From positions 62,001 through 126,000 of the forward strand of contig PNXW01005189.1 in assembly GCA_013265495.1 (NCBI GenBank): a DNA stretch of 64,000 nt. Reading direction: 5' to 3'. Positions 24,986-38,259 of this stretch are shown in pieces (the first letter of the stretch is position 1; the number at the start of each line of letters is the position of its first letter). The notes beneath the pieces were generated by a model. That model worked only from the letters and a program-made list of their open reading frames with translations. It had not been told where the DNA came from and did no database searches. The position numbers and the translations under genes were made by a program. Source of the stretch: Vicugna vicugna (taxonomy: Eukaryota).

Positions 24986-27833
24986 TCTGCAGGGAATCTT
25001 GGTCATCACCTCTTGCGTATCTAATATATGTAAACCTGTGCTATGCTTAAAGTAGTGGTTGTCATAAAAAGAATAACAAATGTTTAAATGAACACGTAGT
25101 AGGAAAATATTTAAAAGGGATTATTATTTTATCCACTTTTCCTCTAAGATTTTTCTCATTTTTATGCCCTGAGACTGAAAATCTGAATAACTATACAGAC
25201 TTGTACAAACCCTGACATTCTGCAGTTGAAAGTACGTGTCCCTATATTTCTATAATAATTGCTCACAATGTCCAAAAGCTTTTATGATGACTTCTTCAAA
25301 TGACTCTGGAAGTAGACATTTTCAACCAGCAACCAAAATGGTTCCTATTATATGCACTGGGTTGTAAAGAGCACTGTTAACCGGAAATACTCCCACACAG
25401 CTCATCACATCGTTTAAAATGGTATCCTGAAAAATGATCTCTTCAGTTTCTTCTCTAATTTTAGGCCCAAGCTTATAAAGCAGCATCCAGACATTGACCA
25501 CTTGATATGCCTTAGAGAGCTGGGAATTCAATTCTTTCCTCAACTTGGGGATTGGGTTTACAGGGTCTTCATTTAATGTACATATTCAGAGTTTATTTCA
25601 TGGCTAAAGAACTGTGCTTGGGGATCTACCACCAGCTTTGAATCCTATGAGCTGGCACTTCCTGGAAAGAGGAGCTACGGTTGTAAAGGTAGCGAGCCTT
25701 CATATTGATAGCCAGATAAGATTTATGCAAAGCCCTTCTCCAATTTGTTCTTCTAATGTGCCTAAACTATGCCATTGCCTGAGAAAAGTGGTTATTTGGA
25801 GCAGTATTTTCCAAAGTAATCTACTTTTATCACAGCACACCACCTGCACATTTCAGAAACATTTTGGGAAATTTCAACTATATTCAATAGTACATGGTTT
25901 TTCAGAGTCCAGCCAAATGAAATAAGTGTCTGGCAAAAACAGCTCTGCTCTCAAATGAATCTCATTGGCAGCGTTCAACACTCAAGTTAATTATTACTGG
26001 AGAAAACTTCATGGAAGACTGTTTTATCAATCTTATGTTCGTCATCTGTGGAGATAACTTACTGTAAGTGGAGGTGCAAAGTGCTACAAACCGTTCCTGA
26101 AATCTATCTGAACAGGCAGGAAATGGTTGTTATCACTGTGCCAACAAATGGAACAGAACAGGTTTCCCAACCAAAGATACGTCCAGCCTCACAGAACAAA
26201 AGAAGATCAGAGGTGGAGAGAGTTTCAAGTAATATCTCATCATTTTGTAGCAGAGGAAACTGAGATCCAGGCAGGCCAAGCACTGAATTTCATTGAGATA
26301 ATTATTAGAAGAGCCAATATTGGTGCCAAAAGATGCTGGCTCCCTAATGTGTCACTCATCAGAAAGTGCAAATCAGTGACATACACATGTCTAAAAAAGT
26401 CCGTCAAAATCATACCATGCTACAACTTGGCTCATCAGGTCTCCGTGCAATATGTGAAATGTAAAGATAAATAAATCCAAAGGTATATATTTGTGCATAT
26501 CAGCTAATCATAGCTAATTGAATGACTTTGCTCAATGGTTTTTGAGATGAGTCCTTAAGCTGCAAGTTTCCTCTAAGAGACCTCATCAATAGGATGGCTG
26601 TATAATTTACTGTTCACTTTTAAGAGTGAAATAGGTCACTATCTATAAATTCTCCAGGTCCACAAGCATCTGGGCAAATAGGTTTAGACAGACACCTTCC
26701 TCACTGTCTTCCAGAGTAAAGGAGGCGGACTCTGAGCAAAGAGGGAACAGCAGGAGGTAATGTGTCTCCTTACTCTGACTCAAAAAGCGGAGATGTGCTT
26801 TTCCAGCTTCTGGAACTGCAATGCATAATTTCATAAAAAAAAAAAGGTTTCTGTAATCATAACAAAAAGAATTGAAAATCACTGCTTTGAATGAAGCACA
26901 GTCATTTGGGTATCCAACACAGTTATAAGATTAACAAACACCCATCCATGGGTTTTCCATAAATCAAGTCTTCCTTGAATGACAGAATGATCAGAAAATT
27001 AGTGATTTCCTGGTATGAGTCCACTGGCCTCAGGACTTGTACTTTTCCTACTCCAGGGTGGATACTGCCTCAGACCTATACATTTAGTCTTACCTGGGAT
27101 GGAAAGTAAGGGCTCAAGACAGAGAGAGAAGGTCAGTCTCCTCCTTTCATCTTTCTTAGTCACATTTAAACCAACACCAGCAAAAATATCATCAAAGTAA
27201 AAGAAGGATAAAAATGGAGTAAGATGAACAAGTTTCCAATCTTTAACCATGTACACAATTCAACTAAAAATGCCAAAAAGAGCAGGTTATGTTTTGTAAC
27301 CAGGATGACTTCCTCCGAAGTCTTACTTTCTTTGTGAACTCAGGAGTAGCCTCCATTTTCCTGAAGGAATTGAAGAGGAGAGGAAGAAATATTAAATCTT
27401 ACTTCCCAATCTCCCAGGTGAAGGTCAAGATCGTAGTGTAATGTGCTGAAGGACGGGGGATGACACTACGTTATTTTTGTATTCTACTAAACATCAGTGC
27501 TTTGGGGGGAAAATGAGTGTGTTCTCTAAACTTCTATTAGCATGCCCTTCCATCCTTGAAACACTGTTTCCTTGCTTCAGTGTCTCTTTGATAACTACAT
27601 GTTCAGAATTCTTTGGAACAATTTTTAGCTTTGTACATTCGACCCAATATATTCTCTAGTTCCATGTATCAGTGATGAGGCACACGAGATTAAGTGGTTA
27701 TCATATCTTTTTTCCCCTTTTTGCTACTCATACTAATTCTGGTCCCTGGAGGTCATCAGAATGTGTCAAAGTGAAGTGATTTATAAAACAAGCCAATGTA
27801 TTTTAATAATGTAAACAGCCTGAAAATACTGCT

Positions 27834-28104
27834 TAAAGACTCCAAAATCTAACTCACTCAATACACTTTGTTTTTTAACATCTAGGACATTTCCTCAACA
27901 ATTTATTCTGCCTCAAACATCCATTCGGAAATATAAACAAATATATTGAACTTCCCTGTGCCTAGAACTAAAAACTCCAAAATCTAACTCACTCAATACA
28001 CTTTGTTTTTTAACATTTAGAACATTTCCTTGACTATTTATTCTGCCTTAAACATCCATTCGAAAATATAAGCAAATATATTGAACTTCCCTGTGCCTAA
28101 AACT
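27834..28104. repeat. Tandem duplication, 2 x 135 bp (about 93% identical)
   Basis: 'actccaaaatctaactcactcaatacactttg' occurs at 27839 and 27974. About 10 substitutions by manual comparison. Confidence 0.95.
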
Positions 28105-28354
28105 GCCCACTTACTGAGGTACGAAAGAAAAAGGTGTGATGCCTAATTTCTAGAAGTTAACAGTTCCATAATGGAGACAGAAGAAAATCAGTAATGATGC
28201 TTTGCAATATCCAATTAATTCAATTAATTCAATAATCAATTCCAATAATCCCATACAAAATGTAAGCTACAAATAACAGTTATCTCAAATGCGTTCTGAA
28301 GGCTTTATCCCTGAGAATGCAAAGCAAAGCTGAACTTCAAAGTTTAACAGAGTT

Positions 28355-28870
28355 CAGTTGCAGGGTAGCAGCTTAATTCTCATTGTCTCCTTCCTTCAAA
28401 GCAGAATACAAACTTCGCTATTTTCAGCATTATCCCTGGATAAATAAACCATAGTTTCCAGTCTTCCTTACTTCTGATGATGGGGATGAAGAGCGTGTGA
28501 CATAAATGTCACCCAAGAGATGTCAATGGAAAATCTGTTGGATATTTTTTGTCTTTCCCACTCTAACTTCTATTTATTTTTTTATGGCTTCTTTCTTATT
28601 CTTGCCTGAAATGTCTACATGACCCTCGAGGTGAAACAGCTCATCTACAATTAGGAGAAGACTACTCAGATAAAAGCTGTGTGCTTCAACAGGCAGAGAA
28701 GGAACGAGAAATAGCGGCTTTCTGGATGATCGATTCAAGCAACTGTACCAGCCTTAACCTGCCCGCTTCCCAGGATCTAGTTGAACAAGTCAAATAAAAC
28801 TTCTCTTTGGGTAAGTCACAGTAATTGTGTTTCTGTCCCAGGTAGCCAAACATGGTATCTTACTGCTAAC
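28355..28870. mobile_element. Old ERVL/MaLR LTR (LTR33/MLT1K-like), decayed
   Basis: 'cttgcctgaaatgtctacatgacc...gagg...cagctcatct' and 'aaataaaacttctctttgggtaagtcac' motifs. Confidence 0.45.
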
Positions 28871-29249
28871 AAGGGAGTTAGAGTATTCCAAGTGAGAATA
28901 GGAATGAGCTTTGGTGTGTGAAATATAAAGAAAGGAAGTGACCAGAATGAAGCCAAACATTCTTGTAAGGGTCATGTCTGCGGAATAGAAAAATATGACA
29001 TTAATTTTGCTCAAAGAAAGCACCGCTGCTGGAACTTTCCTGGTATTGCCACTCTTCACTGTCACATGTATGCTTGGGCCATATCTGTGTCTACGACTTA
29101 CTTCAGCTATAATAACCTACCCCCCGTAAAATTCCAAAGGAGAAAAAAATGCACGTCAAATAATGATTATTCTTTTCCTTTTCTTGATTTTAACGTGTTT
29201 ATCATGAAGGTTGAAATCTCCTTCCCCCCTCATTTGTGTGTGTGTGTGT

Positions 29250-30510
29250 GTGTTTATTTCTGGACTCTCTATTCTGTTCCATTGTCCTGTTATTTTATGC
29301 CTGTCATCATACTGTTTTAATTACTATAACTTTGTAATATAGTTTGAAATAGGGACACACAATGCCTTTAGCTTTGTTATTTTTTTCTCCAGATTGCTTT
29401 GGTTATTCAGGTCTTTTGTGGTTCCATACAAATTTTCATATTATTTGTTCTATTTCTATGAAAAGTGTCACCGGAATTTTGATAGAGATTTTATTGAATC
29501 TGTAGATTGCATTGGGTAGTATGGGCATTTTAATAATATGAAATCTTCCAATCCATAAGTGCAGAATATCCTTATATTTATTTGCAACTTCTTCAATTTT
29601 TTCCACTTGTGTCTTATATTTTTAAATATATAGGTTTCCCACCTCCTTAGATTTATTCCTAGACATTTTATTCTTTTTGATGCAATTGTAAATTTGATTG
29701 TTTTCTTAATTTCTTTTTCTTATAGCTCATTATTAGTGTATAGCAGTCCAATAGACTTTTGTATTGATTTTATATCCTGTAACTTCACTGAATTTGTTCG
29801 TTAGTCTTAACAGCTTCTGAGGGAGTCGTTAGGATTTCTATACGTAATATTGTCATCTGAAAATAGTGACAGTTTTACTTCTTTCTTTCCAATTTGGATG
29901 CTTTCTATTTATATTCTCTGCCTCATTGCTCTGGCTAGGACTCTCAATACAATGTTGAATAAAAGTGGTGAGTAGGCATCCTTGTCTTGTTCCTGATTTT
30001 AGAGGAAAAGCTCCCAGCTTTTCACCATTGAGCATAATGTTAGCTGCAGGCTTGCCATATATATCTTTTATTATATTGAGGTATGTTCAAACTATACCCA
30101 CTTTTGAGATTTGTTCACCATAAATGGATGTGGAAATTTGTCAGATGCTTTTCCTGCATCTGTTGGGATGATCATATAATTTTTATCCTTTGTTTTGTTA
30201 TGGAGGTACCTCACATTGACTGACTTGTAGATATTGAACCATTCTTGCATTTCTGTGATAAATCCCACTTGATCATTGTGTATGCTCCTTGTAATGCATT
30301 GTTGAATTTGACTTGCTAATATTTTGTTCATGAAAAATATTAGCCTGTACTATTCTTTTCTTGTGTGCTCGTCTCGTTTTGGTATCAGGGTAATGTTGGC
30401 TTTATAGAATGTGTTTGGAAGAGTTCCCTCCTCTTCTATCTTTTGGACAAGTTGGAGAGGAATTGATATTGATTTTTCTCTGAATGGTTGGTAGAATTTA
30501 CCAGCAAAGT
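29250..30510 (-). mobile_element. L1 ORF2 internal fragment (RT domain), frameshifted
   Basis: ORFs 30092-30331 (KILASQIQQ...HNDQVGFI...WFNI) and 29853-30035 (LNGEKLGAFPLKSGTRQGC) are L1 RT motifs. The catalytic FADD reads FSDD at 29863-29852. Confidence 0.95.
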
Positions 30511-30934
30511 AGTCTCTACACTCTCTTCCTATGATTTTTAAAGTAATGCAAAATACATTTGTCTATTTGCAAACAAACAAACAAGAGAGAAACACACAGA
30601 ATAAAACTAAAAATCCTTCTCACACCTTTACCATTGGACCCTGGCCCTGAAGCATGTCTCTTCTCCACAAAGGTAAGTGGTACTGAAAATGACTTACATG
30701 CATTTCTGGATCTTATTATTATACATAGACAGTAACATACTTCACATAGATAGATACCATGGCAAAACCATTTTTGTTATTATGGTTTTTTTGTATGTTT
30801 ACCTATTTAACATTAATAGGATCAATTTATTCATATATATTATTTTTACTTTTTTAACTTAACTTACCTTAGGTATCTCCATTTTAGTATGCATATCTAC
30901 CTCTCTCTTTTTAGTGACTGAATCATATTTCATA

Positions 30935-31300
30935 GTCTATTAGCCCAGACAATCCTGGTTACGCTACATTAACAAACAATTGTAGTGACTTAAAAGAGCA
31001 AAGCTGTATTTCATAACCATGACACATTTCCATCTCCACTAAGTGAGAGATCTCTCCATGATGCCCTTGCTCTGAGACTGAGGCTGATAAGGGGAAACCC
31101 ATCTGGATGTTTCATGTCACTATGACGTAGGAAGGGAACATGGCTGGTTATATATTGTTTCTTGAAGTCTTCCACTCAGAAGTAACAGATGAGTATCACT
31201 CGTATTTACTGAGTCAAAGCAGGCCACATGGCCATACCTAACTTCAAGGGAGCACAGAAACACAATTCGACCATGGGTCCAGAGGAAGGTAACTGGATCT
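30935..31300 (-). mobile_element. MaLR MLT1J/K-like LTR
   Basis: 'aaagcaggccacatggccatacctaacttcaaggg' is a typical MLT1 reverse-strand motif. Confidence 0.55.
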
Positions 31301-34300
31301 GGTAACTTGACTCAAACTGAAAAGATTTATTCACTCTTTGATAGCTTTGCTCCAACTGACATAGCACAGTGGAGTTTACATCTCCAGAAACTACCTTCAG
31401 TTTAGAGCCAGGCTCAATAACCCCTGAAAACTCTGAGTTTCTCTTTCTTCAGTTCAGAGTTATCCTGGTCAATGGTCATAGGTCCCTTAAAGGAAAGCTA
31501 AGAAATATTTTTTTTTTATTTGTGGCAGCATTTTCTCAAAGAGACTATCTACCTCCTCGTTTAAAAGTTTCTGGACCAGTGAATAAACTCAGGATTTGAC
31601 ACTGGATAGGAACCTATAGGTCTATTGTGGAAGTACAACTCTATTCATAACCCAGGGATGCTCAAGCATATAAAGTATAAATTCAAAGGGCTGACCATCT
31701 ATTTTGGTCCTAGAAACACCATATCAAGTAGTCTCATCAAAAGATCTCTGCATTTTATCCATTTTGAGTTCCATTTCTGCCCTCCTTTTCATTTAAGTAG
31801 CTAACCTCACCTTGTCTCTGGAACTGTGCTGCTGCCATTGGACTCTGAATGTCAGAGTTTAGGAATCAGGACGTTTGTTTCAGTGGTGACATCTCTTTCT
31901 GACGATTTTGACTTTCAGAGGTCAGCCTGTGCAGAAGTACCTAGAGATGCTTGTGTCCTCCTCACCAACATTGTTTTTGATGTTGTAGGAAAAGGTACAT
32001 ACTCTGGTTCTTTCTAAGTGTATGTTTAGGGGGTAATTAAGCAAGGCACATGTAATGGAGCCAATCCAACATTCCTCTCCCTGAGCATTTAAGTTCCTTT
32101 TACCATAGTATGAAAGGGAAGTTCAGGCATCTCAGCAGTACTTAACTTAGAGATTATGGGTCTGGTATTTAGAAAACCAACTGAGCAAACTGTCTGAAAA
32201 CATCACATTACTTAGGCTAAGTTATTGAATCCAGAATCTCTGCTCTGTGCACCCATACTGATACGTTAAACCCGATCCACCTTGAAGTTTCATCATCCTT
32301 GGTCTTGCACATTTAGGGTCAGTCCCCACATGTGTTTGGCAAGATTCTGGCAATATAAATACATCTTCCTATTCTTTCCACGTGGATGGTGCTTTTTCCT
32401 GGGTCAGGCTTACATTGCTCTTTTCTAACCTAGAAAAATCGATGGTTCTGATTGCATTTGAATACAGAGAGTTAGAGGTTTACTTAAACATTGAAAGAGC
32501 TGGGGGGTAGGACATTGGGGAAGTTGGTGCAAAGGATTTCCGTTTTTAGCACCACCAAGGGGGTTATGAGAGTTTGGTGGGAATCCATAGGCGTGTCTAC
32601 CAGGTTCTGCTAGGAAATGAGTCAAGTTAGCAGCATGCTAGCATAATATCTGATCGGTCTTGATAAGAATCAACCCATCATGGCAAAGCAATTTCATCAG
32701 CTCTGAATAATAAATGTCTTCAGGAAAGAGGGAGGTAACCATCTCAGACAGGGAAGAAGGAGCTGTTTTGCTGGCAAAATACACAACTCCATAAACTCTG
32801 GGGTTGCTGAGTACTCATATTCAGTGGGGTCACTCCAAATGTTTCCTCCAATTCTCAGGATTCTGCACTTTCTTTATCACTGCTGTACTTTTGACTTGAG
32901 ATATGGTAGCATATCATCATATGTCAGCATATGTCACACTTAGCCATCAATAGATCAAACATTGAGTGTGAGATTCAGAAACATCAACCTTGAAGTTTTA
33001 AGGAACAGTACAACCTTTCAGATCAAAGAAAGAATCTCTCCACCTTCCTGTCCAAGTCTTGGCCTGGTCATTTAAAGCCCCAAATTTGTCATACTCATTC
33101 TACAAACTTCCCAGTGCAGTCGGCTCCACAGTCCTTGTGTTCATATGCAGTCATATTTCCATTAAATTGTTCTATTAGTATTATTATTGTTCAGTAGCAG
33201 CGTGGTGCTCAATGTCCTGCTTCAACAGACACCTGATTCCAAACACCTATAAGCATTAATGGAAACTGATTCATCGTTGTCTTCAATGGACCACCAGGGT
33301 CACATCTTACACAGATGAAGAGACGTCACTAATTTTAAATCTAATCTGATCAGAGCTTCTATTCTGAGTTTCATCACTGAGATACTATTTCTGGGAAAAT
33401 AGTTTCCCATACAACATACTGCGTCAGTCAGAAGCCATTCAATGCTTGCAACTATTATTATTTTGATGAAGATAATTAGAGTTTTGTACAACCTTTAGAT
33501 GAGTTGGGGGATTTAATATGAAGGAAGTTGTTACCAATAATATATATTTGCATCAAAACAATAACCTTGGAAGGCTTATCAAGAAGCCATAAGTACGCAT
33601 AAAAACTTAAAGAAGTTTCTGTTTAGTTACAAGTACGGGCCAGGTTTTGACAATGTGACATTCATTACATATTACTAATTTTCACTTCACAAATTATTTT
33701 CCAATGTAGATTCTCCCAATAACTATATGAGATTTCATTTTCCTACAATTTTACCAAAAACATATTAATCTTTTTAATATGTGCCAATGTCATGGGAGTA
33801 AAGTAGTATCCCAATTAAAAAAAGAACACTTTCCAACCCCTGAAACAAATTGCTCTTTTCTAACCTAGAAAAATCTATGCTGCTGGTTGCATTTTTCTAT
33901 CTATTTTGACACTTTTAGAATTCTTCCTATCAGCCTTTGCTGTGGCTAACTTTCTCTTGGGTTTAGGATCTAATCTCAGACAGCATCTGAGAAAGCAGAG
34001 AGAAAATGCAGAGAGACATATGCATTTTCGTGTTTGATGATTGATTTGGTGCCAACTCCATGAGCTGAACATCGTCCACCATCACCATTGCCAGTTACAT
34101 ACATAAAATATGCAGGCAATGGATTTGAAAGGACCTGCCAGGCACAGTGTTGAAAACCCTAGAGATATTGATTTTACAGTTTTTCCAGTGATTCTACATC
34201 ATGCTCCTTTACTTTCTGGCAATCTTTATAACTTTTACACTGACATAAATTGCCATAAAATAAGCATCCAGTACACCCCTCCCCTTCCTCCTCTAGAAAT

Positions 34301-34771
34301 GGTTAAGGACGCTCCATTATTCTATTAACATGCTTGACCATTAATTCAGCTGCTCTCCCTGGGAGTGACGAGGTGACTTTAAACTTGGAGGGCAATTTGT
34401 ACTGCCCAGCAGATTTATTATTATCCTCTCTAGTGGAAAGCACATGAATTCATCTAAACATTTATTTTCCTTAGTGTGCTGCTATTTTTCTTTTTATGTT
34501 TTTTAAAATAGATTTAGTGGTGGAATATTAGCAGCTGAGGACACTGGAATTGTTGCCTATGTGGCGAGGCAAGCATTTCAGCTCTCTGAATGTGGCCTCA
34601 GACCCCGAGATACTCCCTTGGCTGCAGTGAGGGAAAGTCATCTGGAAAATGGGGAGGGCAGTAGGGTGTTCCCTAACTGGTCAGAAATTAGCCAGTCTTT
34701 AGATGACCACAAGGGCTCCCGGCCATGAAGACAATTACGCAGGCGAGACCACTGTTAGCCTAAAACACTGC

Positions 34772-35250
34772 TGTATTAGATTTCTGTTCCTTCTTTAACA
34801 AATGACCTCAAACTTCATGCCTTGGAACAGCACCCCTTTATAACCTGACAACTGCGTAAGTGAGAGTTCCTGCATAGGTCTAATTGGGTTAAAATCAAAG
34901 TGTCAACAGAGTTGTGATTCATTCTCGAAACTCAAAAGGAGAATCCAATTCCTTGCCTTTCATTCTGGAGTCATTTGCATTATTTGGCTTGTGGCCTCCT
35001 TCCTCCATTTTCAAAGTCACTGGTGGCGGCTTGAGTCTTTTCACATCACATTTCTCTGACTGTCTTTTCTGCCTCTTTTTCTGGGGATGAGATGGGACCC
35101 CTGCGTTTAATCCAGGATAATCTCCCCACATCAAGGTCAGCAAACTTACTGTAATGACAACCCTAATTCTCTCTCATGTAAGACAAGATATTCACAGGTT
35201 CTGAGAATTAAAATGTGGACATCTTTGGGGGCCATTTTTCTGGCTACCAT
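34772..35250 (-). mobile_element. MaLR MLT1 (C/D-like) solo LTR
   Basis: 'tgtattag...' start, 'tccttgccttt', 'atccaggataatctcccca' and 'atgtggacatctttgggggccattttt...ctaccata' end. Confidence 0.8.
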
Positions 35251-35399
35251 ATCTATAAAATGATATTGGTCTTTAACTGATTGTGAATAAGAATATACAA
35301 CCGGATCCTTTACAGTGACAGTGATACACATGAGTCACCCTAGAGTTCACAAAACTAAAGGAAATAAAACATGTTGAATTAGGATTTTTTTTTCAGAGT

Positions 35400-36730
35400 A
35401 AGAAATGGGCAAAATGGTCAATTTATTTTATTCAAAAGTGCCAAAAAAATTCAGTGGGGGCAAGAATAAGTCTTTTCAGCAAATGGTACTGGAACAACCG
35501 GACAGCCACGTGCAAGTTAAACCTTCCCTTAGATCACAAACATACACACATACATTCAAAACAGACCACAGACCTAAGTGTAAGAACTAAAACTATAAAG
35601 AAATTATGAGAAAACAAAGGGGTAAATCTTCATGAATTAAGTAATTTCTTTTTGCATGCAATACCAAAGGACAAGCGACAACAGAAGAAAGTAGATAAAT
35701 TGCATTATACCAAAATTACAATCTTTGTGCTACAAACAGTACCATTAATTAATTGAAAGGACAACTCGCAGAGTTGGAGAATGCATTTGCAAAATGTATT
35801 TGATAGGGGACTTCTATCAAGAATACATTAAAAAAAAACTCTTACACCTCAATAATAAAAAGACTTAAAATCCCATTTAAAAATGGGCTAAGGATCTATA
35901 TACAGATATCTCTCCAAAGAAGATATAAAAATGCCCAATAAAAACATGAAAAGACAATCAACATCATTAGTCATTAGGAGAATGCAAATTAAAACCACAG
36001 TGGGATACAACTTCACACTAATTAAGGTGGCAAGAATTTTTTAAGGTGGACAATAACAAATGTTGGGGAGAATGCAGAAATATTGGATCCCTCATGTACT
36101 GCTGATGGAACTGAAAAACAGTGCATTTCAGAGGAGAGTTGGGCAGTTCCTCAAAGCATTAAACACAGGATTACTGTATGATCGAGAAATTCCACTCCTA
36201 CTTACACAGCTGAAACAAGTGAAAGTACGTCTGCCCAAAACCCTGTACACAGGTGCTGATAGCAGCTTTGCTCATAATAGCCCCAAATCAGAAACAACCT
36301 AAAAAAGTGTCCATGAAATGACAAATAGAAAGATAAACTGTGATATACCCATACCACGAAATTTTATTTGCCAGTAAAATGAAATGACTGATCTTGGAAA
36401 CATTATGCTAAGTGGAAGAGGTCAATCGCAAAGTCAGTGTACGATGCTGTCTGTGTGAAGTGTACGACTGTGATCGCTGTGAAAAGTCCAGGACAGGCAA
36501 AGGAGGCAGGTAATTGGTTGTTAGAATAGAGAGAGTAGGGATGGGAGGAGTGGAAAGTGACTTTTAATGAGTAGAGTTTCTTCTTCAGGTGATGACAATA
36601 TTTTGGGACTAGATGGTGTTGATGGTTGTACAACTCTGTGAGGGTGCTGAAAACTATGGAGCCATACATCTTACATGGGTGATGTGCATGGTATGTGAAT
36701 TATATTTCCATAAAACTGTTAAAAAAATAG
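35400..36730 (+). mobile_element. L1MB-type ORF2 3' end plus 3'UTR
   Basis: Decayed ORF2 C-terminal sequence ('caaatggtactggaacaac', 'atgcaaattaaaaccaca') and the L1MB tail 'tggtatgtgaattatatttccataaaactgttaaaaaaa'. Confidence 0.9.
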
Positions 36731-36945
36731 GATGGTGCAGCTAATATGTCATTGTAGCGGGTAGATCTCTGAGAAACCATCATGGCTTCACTTTGATGAC
36801 CAGTTAAAGGTGATTCCTGACAGTCAGCTCATGAGCAGGAATTCGTTTAGAATATATTAGCAGCCATCTACTAGTGCGAATGCTTGTTGCAAAAAATTAC
36901 TCCACTTTCACACGTATTTGATGATCATTAGAAGAACCTCCTTTT

Positions 36946-37603
36946 TTCTAAAAACTTTTTTATTGAGTTATAGTCGTTTTACAATGTTGTGTCTAATTCC
37001 AGTGTAGAGCACAACTTTTCGGTTATACATGAACATACATACATTCATTGTCACATTCTCTTTCGCTGTGAGCCACCACAAGATCCTGTATATATTTCCC
37101 TGTGCTACACAGTACAATCTTGTTTATCTGTTCTACATTTTGAAATCCCAGTCTGTCTCTTCCCACCTCCCATCCCCCTGGCAACCACAAGTTTGTATTC
37201 TATGTCTATGAGTCTGTTTTTGTTTTGTATTTTTTTATTAATTATTTTTTATGCGTATGAGTGATCTCATATGGTATTTTTCTTTCTCTTTCTGGCTTAC
37301 TTCACTTAGAATGACATTCTCCAGGAACATCCATGTTGTTGGTTTTTATGCCTGAATAGCATTCCACTGTATAAATGTAGCAAATCTTCTTTATCCAGTC
37401 ATCTGTTGATGGACATTTAGGCTGTTTCCTTGTCTTGGCTATAGTAAACAGTGCTGCTATGAACATTGGGATGCAGGTGTCATTTTGAAGTAGGGTTCCT
37501 TCTGGATACATGCCCAGGAGCAGGATTCCTGGGTCCTATGATAAGTCTGTTCCTAGTCTTTTGAGGCATCTCCATACTGTTTTCCACAGTGGCTGCACCA
37601 AAG
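36946..37603 (-). mobile_element. Younger 5'-truncated L1 (camelid/artiodactyl type)
   Basis: ORF 37302-37511(-), 'DTCIPMFIAALFTIAKTRKQPKCPSTDDWIKK', is the ORF2 C-terminus. TSD gaagaacctcctttt (36931-36945) / gaagaatcccctttt (37604-37618). Confidence 0.92.
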
Positions 37604-37689
37604 GAAGAATCCCCTTTTAACGTCATTTTGATACTTCAAACTGCCTGTGATTGTCCATGAACGAAAGAACTGATCACTTAAAAAATGAC

Positions 37690-37815
37690 ATGCGAGTGTT
37701 CTCACATTTAAAATGGGCATAGTGCCATCTTTTAATGGTTGTTGTAGGTTGAGAGATGCTGCAAAGTAAGTGCATTGCACAGTGCTTGGCTCTTGTGATT
37801 GCTCAGTAAGTCAGA
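37690..37815 (+). mobile_element. MIR SINE fragment
   Basis: 'ttctcacatttaaaatgggcatagt...ggttgttgtaggttgagagatg...cacagtgcttggc' is MIR core/tail. Confidence 0.65.
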
Positions 37816-38259
37816 AGTCATCACAAAGCAGAGATTAGGTCCTGAGCTTGCTGCTGGCTGAAAACCCTCACATCATCTGCTTTCTGAATGTACCTCAAAC
37901 TCAGTGTATTCTGACCTCACCTCCTTTTCCCTAAGGCCACTTCTCAGCTATCTCAAGTCCCTCCTCCTTCCCGCCACTCCCATCCCCACCCCACCCCCAA
38001 CTCAGCCGCAGCTCAGCCACTGAGTTACAGTGTTCTGCTTCCTAAGTGGCTCTTAATTCTCTGGTTTAAGACTCGTCATTTACCTACATAACTGATGTAC
38101 CTTTCTGAATTGATCTTCATGTTTTAATCTCACTTACATACCACATTTCAAGCTTTGGTGAACTGATCCATCTAAAACGCAAAACTGCAAATATTTTTCT
38201 CCTGTAAATATTCTGCAGTAATTTCTCAGGCAGGAGTTGTTGTTGTTTTTTTTTTTTTT

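Noticed and set aside
25322..25925. Processed pseudogene or endogenous viral element suggested by adjacent ORFs
   Set aside because: The translations show no motif I recognise, and there is no polyA or TSD. A tBLASTn search would be needed to revive the idea.
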